Source: Laetmonice hystrix (taxonomy: Eukaryota). From it: a DNA stretch of 64,000 nt. The notes beneath the pieces were generated by a model. That model did not search any database and was not told where the DNA came from. It worked only from the letters and a program-made list of their open reading frames with translations. The DNA lies in the NCBI GenBank assembly GCA_965235115.1, contig OZ249437.1, forward strand, positions 10,726,001 to 10,790,000. The letters are read 5' to 3'. How positions within the stretch are numbered: position 1 is the first letter of the stretch; each line of letters starts with the position of its first letter. This document shows, piece after piece, positions 26,201 through 36,800 of this stretch. The position numbers were made by a program, and so were the translations under genes.

Positions 26201-27212
26201 ACAGCATACCAATGGGCGTCGATGACCCAGTGTCTTTCTGCCTGACACAGAGGTCATGCAACCCCACCTCCTCTTGGGGTCATCCTCATACTGCGCATGC
26301 GTCGTCCGAGACACTTCCTCTGACCGACCAGCGGGAGTGGTAGATTACAAATGGATATTTGGATCCTCATTACAATTGCTGATGACCGACAGAGAATGGC
26401 GAGTTCTCTTTCATGTTTGTAAGGAGGAAGGACATGAAATATTACACTCATGACGCCATTGTCTGTATATCTGACCATGGAAATCCCCATTGTCAGACAA
26501 TATAACTCATAATGTACATAGATACATGCATACATAAGTTAGGCCTAAATACATAAGTACATATTCCAAAAACAGACACATAGAGAGACATACAGACATA
26601 CAGTCGTACATTTATTAATGCGTGTATGACTATTATGTACACCCACCCATACATACATGTATGCACACAAAAGGGATTACAATGTACAGAGGCCCTATAG
26701 ACTCTATATATAGTACGGTACGCTAAATGCATGCATGTTTACATGTGTATTAATGCGGTCAAAGTTAACGTCAGCACATGACATGTTACATGTTTCCCTG
26801 GATGCCCTCCCGTTGATTTTGACATAGTCTGAACACATTAATGACCCTACGTGAACCGAATGTCCGAGTACAGGTCAACCATAGTTTATGTGTACCACTA
26901 CGGTCAGTTCGAGCGACCCGAGGCTCTGCTAGATCCCATGAATCTCGTCACCCACCGACCCAAACACTTGTTGTTCAGGTATATAACCTGTCGGCGACAA
27001 AAGCACGCCTCAGCCTCCAGTGGTTGCCTTGAGGGAGTGTGGATATGATCCATGCCAATGTGTCAACTCGGATTCGGCCTTCGGTGTCGTCTGGCCTGTG
27101 GCGTATCAAGTATAGGCCTTCACTGCATGGGTCGGGACTGGATACAGCGCGAACCGTATACACAACCACACTCTATCACACTGCCGTTAGGCTGCCACAC
27201 TTTAAGACTATC

Positions 27213-27360
27213 AGGGGGCGTGTCCGGGGGAAGGGGGTTGTAACCCCCTTATGACCACCACCCCCTTTTTTAAATTTTAATTTACGTTTTGGGAGTCAAA
27301 TTTCCAACCCCAAAATCAACAACACCCCTTTTAAGCGCCATACCCCAGCGCCGACCCTGC
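27213..27360. mobile_element. Possible MITE remnant of the CAGGGGCG-ended type
   Basis: CAGGGGGCGTGTCCGGGGG head and internal palindrome GGGGGTT-GT-AACCCCC; no matching 3' TIR or TSD found. Confidence 0.3.
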
Positions 27361-27384
27361 CACTGCACACACATACGTATATAA

Positions 27385-27801
27385 ATGAATTCTAATATAA
27401 TCAGTCGGCCATCTCCTGTCCAGATGGTTTGTTGTTACGAGTCAATTAGTAGGATAGCGCCCCACGGTCATTGGACAAACAAGAGTGAATATACCCTTCA
27501 GCAGAATACATTCGGAACCAGTCCAAGTAGTATATGGAGATTCAACTTTAGAGGCGGCTACTTTTCCAAGGCACTCGACCAACAGGGTAATAATTTGAAT
27601 CCATCAAGTAGAAGTGCTGGATTTACAGTTTGTTTTGTGTCCTGTTTTCTGGAACCGAAAAGTATTCCTGTCCTTTTTGGAATATTTTTGCATTGCACAT
27701 AATTCGGCGAGATAGAAAACATATGGGCTGCCAAAACCTCCAGGCCTTCCGTATTGCTTGCTGCCCATTTTGACATACATGTGCCCACAATAGCCAACGA
27801 C
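27385..27801 (+). mobile_element. Decayed non-LTR retrotransposon (CR1/L2-like) reverse transcriptase fragment
   Basis: Ordered motif remnants in one frame: RPSPVQMVCC (cf. RPISLTSVCC), HGHWTNKS (cf. HGFRxNRS), YFSKALD (cf. DFSKAFD), G..SCFL, then GLP (shifted frame)/SVL (cf. GVPQGSVL) and ND; one stop, deletions, no YADD. Confidence 0.5.
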
Positions 27802-28668
27802 CCAGACTATAATTTTAAAGCGTGTATAAGAGAGAAAGGGAGACAGAGAGAATGCGGAGACAGCCGGAGAGACATAATAGAGAGGCAGAGCACTCGCTTG
27901 TAATACGTCTCCTGGCTATAGTTATATCGGGCGGGCATAAAAAACGAAATGTGACGTTAAATATTTCAAAAACTCTATGTCTCAAAAATTGCTGTTCTAG
28001 ACTTAGATGTATACGTGCACCCTGGTTTTACTTGAACAGGTGGTCAATTGGACAGACTTTTATTTTAATGAAATATTTATTTGAACTATTTAACGTCAAA
28101 GTTCCACAAGTTTCTTCTATATAAAACGACTGACCGATGAGTCTGCAGAAGGCAGAAATTTTATACTGTTTATACTGAGACATTCGTTCTGAATGCATGC
28201 AGTAATATTGTGTTTGAGCTTAGTCAAGGTAAGAGAAATTGTCCGTATATCTAAACACGTCTAACATTCATGACAGGAGATTGACACACCTGTACAATAC
28301 ACACACTGCGACATGAATGGTATAATAGATAGGTATATCGTATAATATATCATAATATAACAAACGTCATTCATATACTTTGTCTTTTTTTACGTTTATG
28401 TTATCTTCATACGTCAAACTAATGCTTTGACTGCAGAAAAACACCGAAAGATGTTTTTTATTTGTTTCAATGAGACCTGCCCTTTATTACTCTGAGTAAG
28501 TCAACCATTGTCTTCACAAGACAAAGGGTATACGTAAGACAAAGAGAACGTAGAGTCGTAAACCTGACTTGGGAAACAAAAACACACAAAAACAGAAAAC
28601 GTGCTGCTCTCAGCGGTGGGTGTCGTTTCACCTTTATTGTTGTCATTCACAAGATCACAGATAGGTTT

Positions 28669-29861
28669 GGGTGTGTGTGTGTGGAGGGGGAGGTGCGTGT
28701 AGGGGGAGGTGTGTGGAGGGGGAGGTGTGTGTAGGGGGAGGTGCGTGGAGAGGGAGGTGTGTGGAGGGGGAGGTGCGTGAAGGGGGAGGTGTGTGTAGGG
28801 GGAGGTGCATGAAGGGGGAGGTGCGTGTAGGGGGAGGTGCGTGAAGGGGGAGGTGTGTGGAGGGGGAGGTGCGTGAAGGGGGAGGTGCGTGGAGGGGAGG
28901 TGTGTGGAGGGGGAGGTGCGGGGAGGGGGAGGTGTGCGTGTAGGGGGAGGTGCGTGGAGGGGGAGGTGGGGGGAGGGGGAGGTGTGTGTGTAGGGGGAGG
29001 TGCGTGAAGGGGGAGGTGTGTGGAGGGGGAGGTGCGTGGAGGGGGGTGTGGGGGTGCATGGCGGGGGGAGGTGCGTGGAGGGGGAGGTGCGTGGAGGGGA
29101 GGTGCGTGGAGGGGGTGGTGCGTGGAGGGGATGTGCGTGGAGGGGGAGGTGCGTGGAGGGGGAGGTGCGTGGAGGGGGAGGTGCGTGGAGGGGGAGGTGC
29201 GTGGAGGGGGGTGTGGGGGTGCATGGCGCGGGGGGAGGTGCGTGGAGGGGTGTGGGGGTGCGTGGAGGTGCGTGGAGGGGGGTGCAAGGAGGGGGTGCAT
29301 GGAGGTGGGTGCGTGGAGGGGGTGTGGGGGTGCGTGGAGGGGGGTGCAAGGAGGGGGTGCATGGAGGTGGGTGCGTGGAGGGGGTGTGGGGGGTGCATGG
29401 AGGGGGAGGTGCGTGGATGGGGGTGTGGGGGTGCGTGGAGGGGAAGTGCGTGGAGGGGATGTGCGTGGAGGGGGAGGTGCGTGGAGGGGGAGGTGTGGAG
29501 GGGAGGTGTGGAGGGGGGGGGTGTGGAGGGGGAGGTGTGAAGGGGAGGTGTGGAGGGGAGGTGCGTGGAGGGGAAGTGCGTGGAGGGGATGTGCGTGGAG
29601 GGGGAGGTGCGTGGAGGGGGAGGTGTGGAGGGGAGGTGTGGAGGGGAGGTGCGTGGAGGAGGTGTGGAGGGGAGGTGTGTGGAGGGGGAAGGTGCGGAGA
29701 GGGGGAGGTGCGTGGAGGGGGAGGTGTGTGGAGGGGAGGTGCGTGGAGGGGAGGTGCGTGGAGGGGAGGTGTGGAGGGGAGGTGCGTGGGGGGGGAGGTG
29801 TGGAGGGGAGGTGCGTGGAGGGGGAGGTGCGTGGAGGGGGAAGGTGCGGAGAGGGGAGAGG
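28669..29861. repeat. G-rich minisatellite (~16-bp core GGAGGGGGAGGTGCGT and variants), ~1.2 kb
   Basis: Strongly strand-asymmetric tandem units; source of the P/H-rich and G/R/W-rich ORFs. Confidence 0.96.
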
Positions 29862-29873
29862 TCTCTCCCCCCC

Positions 29874-29875
29874 CG

Positions 29876-29926
<51 letters not shown>
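29874..29926. repeat. (CT)n microsatellite
   Basis: Dinucleotide run directly abutting the G-rich array. Confidence 0.95.
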
Positions 29927-29927
<1 letters not shown>

Positions 29928-31328
29928 ACTCTCTCTCACGCCAATTGTCCGAGTGTATGTTGATCAAAACATGTCCGCTCGTAAACCGTCCAACAACCAG
30001 GGACGAGCGTGGGGGCATGTTTTTCACGTCACAATTATTATTGTTAGGTGCAGCCGACATGATGGTGGTGTGTGCTCCTTGGTGCAGTACGCATCATGAG
30101 TCGGCTGAGTTTAATTAAAGGTAACCTGCCTACAGAAGTTTGAGTAGAAACTCGACCCAGCGCTATGTACACAGGATCTCAAATGGGCACATTTGTATGG
30201 GTGCATGTGTTGGTAGAGATCTAGAACGTGCTACGATAACTTGGAAATCCTGAAGAACTTGTATCTCGTAAAATCCGCCATTCCTCACACGCAGCGTTTC
30301 TCGGTCTATTTGGATCGCCTCCTGATGTTCAATATCGTGTCCAGCATCGCCAACGTATTCGGCGATTCTGCTCCGAGGATTCGTCTGAAGGACAACGATA
30401 AACAAAGAAAACATGGTATAAACTGCAGGTTGTATGTCATGTAAGTTAGAGTCATAATTTGTTAACACCTTTTACCAATACTCAATTTTCTTCCTCCACC
30501 CCCCTTGGTGGCCAAGACATGACTTGAACAAATAAAACAAGACAAGCATGAATGATAATCAGACATATATTGGGAGACTTTTCTCACTCGTATATATCCG
30601 GTATCATTAAGGTGGCAATGGGACCTATACATTAAGGAGGCAGAGCAAATGTAGATTTTTCCAAATTGGTTTCGTATATTAAAATACGTCCATGATTATA
30701 GGAAGTAAGGGATCCTTGAGATGCGTAAAGTAGTTGATGAGGTGGTAAGCGACAGTGTTTCGTAATTTTACTCATTAGCATAATGTAATTTCTATTTAAT
30801 TGCATGCGCGCTTTACAAATTTACATATTCGTTCTATCTACTTAACTTAAATGTTGAGGATAGTCAAGGTGTTTACCTTTGAAATTTTTATGTTATGATT
30901 ATTTCGGCAATTAAGTTGAGATCAATAAGCGCATCAGAAACCTACGTGACGGGATGGTCATTTTGTATCCTGCATAAATCTGTGCAGCCCTTCATTGCTG
31001 TGCCAGTAGAAGGGTGTGTGTGTGTATGTATGCAAGCCTGTCGGTATGCATAAGTTATAATGTGTAATAAAAGTAATATGCTCACGCACATGCATTCCAA
31101 CTTGTAGCAATGTACATCAGTGTTCGTATAGAGTCACTCATGGCATCGCAAAGACGCACAACAAAGCACCGACTTCGTTTCAAATATCTTTCAAAAGATG
31201 CCAAAGATAACTCATTGCCAACGCATTCGTTTCCAAGCCCTGCACTTTAAAAGGTCAACTCTGTAAAGTACCTTTGCGACGTCAAAGCAACGCAAGCCAA
31301 GTTCTGGCAGCGATAAGACGACATTGCC

Positions 31329-31395
31329 CGGAGGGGGCCGGCCGAGGCCCACTGAGGATGGGCCCCTGGGCCCCTAGGGGCCCCAGCTGAGTGCC
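31329..31395. mobile_element. GGGCCC-rich patch, possible MITE remnant
   Basis: GGGGGCCGGCC followed by clustered GGGCCC(C) palindromes; similar patches near 13080 and 39200-39290; no TIR/TSD resolved. Confidence 0.25.
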
Positions 31396-31543
31396 GACCA
31401 GGTATAGAGGAGAAGATGATAAGTTACAAACAAGTAAAGACGAACACACCTGGTCTGTCAATTATGTCCAACCTAGTTAGTCGGCGCGTCAGGCAGCCCG
31501 ACCAACTCAGCTACCACGTCACAACCCTCAGCCCGTCACTAAC

Positions 31544-31629
31544 CACAGAGTACGCACACCCCCACCCCTACGTTTTACGGTAAAAACACAGAGTACGCAC
31601 ACCCCCACTCTTACGTTTTACGGCAAAAA
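31544..31629. repeat. 43-bp tandem duplication
   Basis: CACAGAGTACGCACACCCCCAC(CCC/TCT)TACGTTTTACGG(T/C)AAAAA x2. Confidence 0.92.
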
Positions 31630-32549
31630 CGGGCAGGGCCCTTAATTTGATTAAAGAACGCGCCAGCTGGGCACCAAATCAACGCTTTTAAATATTTTGA
31701 AAATATACAGAGACATACTATCAACTTTAACAGGCTGCTGTTGTGACCCTATCTTTGCTTGGTTAATTATATGCATGTCACTTATCCACAAACAAAAGTC
31801 GTTTGCTATAATTATAGTGGTCAAAGACAATGAGGGCAGGCATCCATCGCATTAGTTTGATAAATCGTTTATATACCTGGTGCGACCTGCCGCTGGCTAT
31901 GTCAGCACGTTGTTTGGCGCGCCACAACCTTCAAAGACGTCGAATATGGACCCTAACGTCCCCCGCTTTTAATGGCTCTAAAGCGGGCCTCGGAAAACGC
32001 TTTGTTCGCCTCATTTGCCGAACAATGGTGCCCTTTCATTCCAAATTTTATTACCAGGAATGAAATTTCAACGGCTCAAAGATGTACAGCTTCCCAGGTA
32101 TATATTGGGAGGAATACGACCTTGAACCGAGGTGACAGTGAGTTGGTAGGCCGGAATGGCAATGCATCTATCTATTGCCCATCAATCATTTTTTATTGAA
32201 GATGATGTTTTCATAGCCGTCCCTCTTCTTTTTAACGGATCTATACCAACTCAACTGAGAAGTATACATGCATGATCCTACACACTGGGCATGCACCAGG
32301 TACACGCACCTTGTCCAAGCACATGTTGCACATTACACATTGAAAGAAGATACTTTACACACGTATGTACGGAACTTATGTGGAAAAAGTTGCCACTCAG
32401 TTCGCTGGTCGGACAGAGAAGTGTTGATTGTCTGGTAGAACTGTCCGGTGACAATAATGTAATAATGACGTATTACCGCCAATTGTGTGGCTCGTTCAGG
32501 GTGGTGGTGGTTAGGGGAGCAGGTGGCGGTCCGACTGGGCATGGGTGGG

Positions 32550-33633
32550 AGCCCAGGCCAAGATCAGGCCCAGGTCAAGACTCAGTCCCCCTGACTGTTG
32601 TGGGGGTCAAGCCCAGGTCAAGACTAAGTCCCCCTGACTGTTGTGGGGGTCAAGCCCAGGCCTAGACTTAGCCCCCTGACTATTGTGGGGTTCAATCCCA
32701 GGCCCAGACGCAGCCCCCCTGACTGTTGTGGGGTTCAAGCCCAGGCCCAGACTCAGCCCCCCCTGACTGTTGTGGGGGTCAAGCCCAGGCCCAGGCTCAG
32801 CCCCCTGGCTGCTGTGGGGGTCAAGCCCAGGCCCAGGCTCAGCCCCCCTGACTGTTGTGGGGTTCAAGCCCAGGCCCAGACTCAGCCCCCTGGCTGTTGT
32901 GGGGGTCAAGCCCAGGCCCAGGCTCAGCCCCCCTGACTGTTGTGGGGTTCAAGCCCAGGCCCAGACTCAGCCCCCTGGCTGTTGTGGGGTCAAGCCCAGG
33001 CCCAGGCTCAGCCCCCTGACTGTTGTGGGGTTCAAGCCCAGGCCCAGGCCCAGGCCCAGGCCCAGGCCCAGGCCCAGACTCAGCCCCCTGGCTGTTGTGG
33101 GGTTCAAGCCCAGGCCCAGACTCAGTCCCCCTGACTGTTGTGGGGGTCAAGCCCAGGCCCAGACTCAGCCCCCCTGGCTGTTGTGGGGGTCAAGCCCAGG
33201 CCCAGACTCAGCCCCCCTGGCTGTTGTGGGGGTCAGGCCCAGGTCAAGACTAAGTCCCCCTGACTGTACTGTTGTGGGGGTCAAGCCCAGGCCCAGGCTC
33301 AGCCCCCTGGCTGTTGTGGGGGTCAAGCCCAGGCCCAGGCTCAGCCCCCCTGACTGTTGTGGGGGTCAAGCCCAGGCCCAGGCTCAGCCCCCCTGACTGT
33401 TGTGGGGGTCAAGTCCAGGCCCAGACTCAGTCCCCCTGACTGTTGTGGGGGTCAAGCCCAGGTCAAGACTCAGTCCCCCTGACTGTTGTGGGGGTCAAGC
33501 CCAGGTCAAGACTAAGTCCCCCTGACTGTTGTGGGGGTCAAGCCCAGGCCCAGACTCAGCCCCCCTGGCTGTTGTGGGGGTCAAGCCCAGGCCCAGACTC
33601 AGCCCCCCTGGCTGTTGTGGGGGTCAAGCCCAG
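32550..33633. repeat. ~42-bp minisatellite (GTTGTGGGGGTCAAGCCCAGGCCCAGRCTCAGCCCCCTGRCT), ~25 copies
   Basis: Tandem units with +/-1 homopolymer variation and an internal (CCCAGG)n expansion near 33035-33075. Confidence 0.96.
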
Positions 33634-33810
33634 TATACGATGACCAGAAGTGGTCCGCAAACATACAGTATACATTAAGAATACACAGTGAGATTTTTAT
33701 GAAATAGTCATAATGATATTATATTCAAAATTGGTCGAAACGGAAAGGTTTCTCCCAATGACAGCATGTACGTACTATAGTGTAACATGCGCCTGTTTGT
33801 GGGGCGGGCC

Positions 33811-33897
33811 GGGGGAGGGGGTATATTGGGGGAGGGGGGTATATTGGGGGAGGGGGCATATTGGGGGAGGGGGGTATATTGGGGGGAGGGGGTATAT
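33811..33897. repeat. ~18-bp G-rich minisatellite (GGGGGAGGGGGTATATT), ~5 copies
   Basis: Tandem units visible directly. Confidence 0.9.
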
Positions 33898-36800
33898 GCA
33901 CGCGTCCCCCACCCCAGGCCCTCCCGTACCTCCCACCCCCACCCCCACCCCGGGCGGGCTATGTCGTCAGGTTGCCGTAGTATATACCCCCGGGAGGGTT
34001 GCGTGTGTGCCCCCACAGCTATACATACGTGTCGATAGGTATTCACGTGCATGGTATATGCATGGCTCCTGATCTACCGTGGAAGAGGGCACATGTAGGA
34101 GATTAATGATGTTGCGACACGATGGCCACATAGGTCTTCAGAACTCGGCAGGGTCCTACTCAAATACAAATGCGTATATAATGTACATATACGATACGTT
34201 TTACGCTCATGAACCAATAATATACATATGAAAATTTCATATTATAGCAAACTTTCCTCCACAGAATATTTTGAAAACCATTATTTTAGCTTTATGCTTT
34301 CCCACGCATTGGTTTCTACTATATCGTCAGGAGTGACCACCTGTTGCCATGTTGTTTATTCGAACACAACGACATCCGATTCCCCCACCCCCAATAAACC
34401 AGATAGCTAATCATGTTAGTACAATACTCTCACCGAAAGGAACAATGTATCCTTTTCGACCGTCTAATTTTATACTTTTCACTAATCAAGGTTTTTATTA
34501 CAATGTACATATATATAGGCCTATATATGTATATCCACCAAACATTTCCGTTTATGGGATAGTATATTACAATGAACACCTCAATGTAGAACTCTCTATA
34601 TTCCTATAGATAAACAATTATTTTGACTATTTAATGCAGACAATCACTAATTACAAACGTCTATACTCAGGGTTCTCTCAAGTATCAGTTAATGACTTTC
34701 TACATGATTGATTACAGATCCACAAATTGTCTCTTTTTCCTGGCGCATTAATGAGGCTGTGTGTTTAATTAATGTAGCTATATTTACCGTTGTCTAACTA
34801 ACGAAACCTCTCCCCGCGAGTGAGTTGACAATCTCTATTATTCCGGCCCCAGCGGTGGTTCTCTCCCTGTGTGTGAACCAATGTTGAAGAGTTTATGTCC
34901 ACGAGGGCCGATTACATATTTCGCAACATGATCGCTCTAAGCTAAAATGCCACCAGTGCCTTCTTCCTTGATGGCGGACCCATGTAATACAGAGACATCG
35001 CCGTAAACATACAGGCAGCCTTTCTTATATTTGTACGTTTACAATGGCACCAAACGGACCACTGCACATTCACAATGAGCAATCTTATATCATCTATGGT
35101 CCATGCAGAAGTTTTATAGACATTAACTTTTTCAAAAGTTTCAGTCTGGCCCATGTGAAAGAGCCGATGAGAAAGAGAGGGAAGCATGGTGGAATTCCAG
35201 CGAAATAGGTTGTAATTAAGGAAGGTTGACGCCTGGTAATAGCCCTGGAGAGGTGTATGGCTGAAGGCGGTGCCTACAGGGGTTCACCAGATTGTCCAGT
35301 GCGAGGCTTCTTTTGCCGACTCCATGAAAACTTTTCCCGATAGTTTTTCTCTAGCCCCAAGCTGGCCTCCTCTAATGGCGTCAGCATGTCAATCATTGTG
35401 AGGCACTTTATTATATGAAATTCAACCGTCGCCTTTCAGCCCCCTCTCTCTCCCTCTCTCTGAGAGAACTGGTAGAAATTGTCACTTTTGTTATTATTAT
35501 CGGGGTTTCCTCTTGCTGGGGCGTTCATCATGTCACTGTCTTGGCCTCCAACGTTCCCCTTTGGGTGGCCGTTTACCCAGGCTTTCTGCTCATTTCCGTA
35601 ACACCTCAGCAAATAAGAACGGGTTTCGTCTTTCAAAAGGTGATTATCACGTTTGTTTGGATTGCATCTTTCAGAAATCACTTTCATGTATACACAACTT
35701 CGATGTCATTATTGGGTGTCGGTTTCGGTCGGAGCAGCCCTTTTCCGGCAGGCGCAATTCTCATTTTGAAATTGATGGTTTACTTCCGGCTGCTCGCAGT
35801 GAGAACCTAAGTCGTCTGGACGTCGTACTGGTGGCGCCCGGCGCACTGATACAGCCATTTGTCATCTTTACCCTGTCTGCCAACAATTCCCGTTTTAAAG
35901 ATAAAGCAAATTGTTGCGCTACACGCCTACACATCTTGTTATCGCTCAGCAGAGAATGAATCTCCCCCAAAGGTTGAAATAAAGCTAAAAAGGCCAATTG
36001 CCTGCCCGTTCTCGCGGTAAGACCCCAAGGTCGTCCCTACATTGAGAGTGAGAGGGCGGTGGTTCCATTTTAAATGTTGGTTCAAAAAGAAAAACAGTTG
36101 AACAACAACCCTGTCATTATCACCAGAGATAGCCAGAAGAAAGATGAGAAGAAGACAACGATAAACTATGAGATCAAGCACGAGAGAGACGCAGAGTGGA
36201 GTGGGTACACACGGGTTAAAACACGTGCGAGAGAAAGCTATGCAAACAATGAATATCCGGAGTAGTCCAAAAAAAAATGAAAGAAAAAGTAGAGAAATAA
36301 AAATATGGCATTTATACCTGATAACACGTTTCCTTCAAAATATTGTTTGCCAGATGCAGACCTACCCCCACCCCCTCCACTGCCATGCATACTCTATACC
36401 ACCACTGATGTGTCTTTATTTTTTAAAAGATAAAACACCTATAATATTCTGGCTGGCCGTTAAGGCTAAGGCGGGTAGGCGTGAGTCGCTGTATGGAGGG
36501 GTCGTGGGTCTAGGGTCGGGGGGTCGGAGTACCCCCCCCCCCCAACCAGTAGCCAGGGTGGCCGCAGCGGTCGTGGAGAGCCGTCTGCCTGTCGTTGATC
36601 TGGTAGAGGCCGGTTGCCCTCAGGCTGAGCCCCATCAATCGTACGGGCTCACCGTCCGTACCACTGCGATGTCGGGACGACCAGGTAAGGGCGGCCAGCC
36701 CTCCACCCTACTCGGACATAAATCTTCGTTATCAGCATGCAGGTGACGCTGCGCCGCGCCTCCCTACCAGCGCTACCCGTAACGAGTTCCCAATTTGGCG

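Noticed and set aside
28134-28160. Hammerhead-like CCGATGAG-stem-GAAA
   Set aside because: Core is CCGA rather than CUGA, the G-C pair before GAAA is missing, and no stems I/III were found; other CTGATGA sites also lack the core geometry
28501-30118. Extensin-like Pro/His-rich 519-aa ORF and Gly/Arg-rich antisense ORFs
   Set aside because: Both strands and several frames are open because the G-rich repeat lacks stop codons
30306-30384. Minus-strand acceptor followed by RILGAESPNTLAML (TPR/kinesin-light-chain-like)
   Set aside because: Stops after 26 codons, has no donor or neighbouring repeats, and the similarity is too short
36594-36611. GLYQIN lysozyme-like motif on the minus strand
   Set aside because: Six residues only; no catalytic Glu/Asp context, Cys pattern or splice sites
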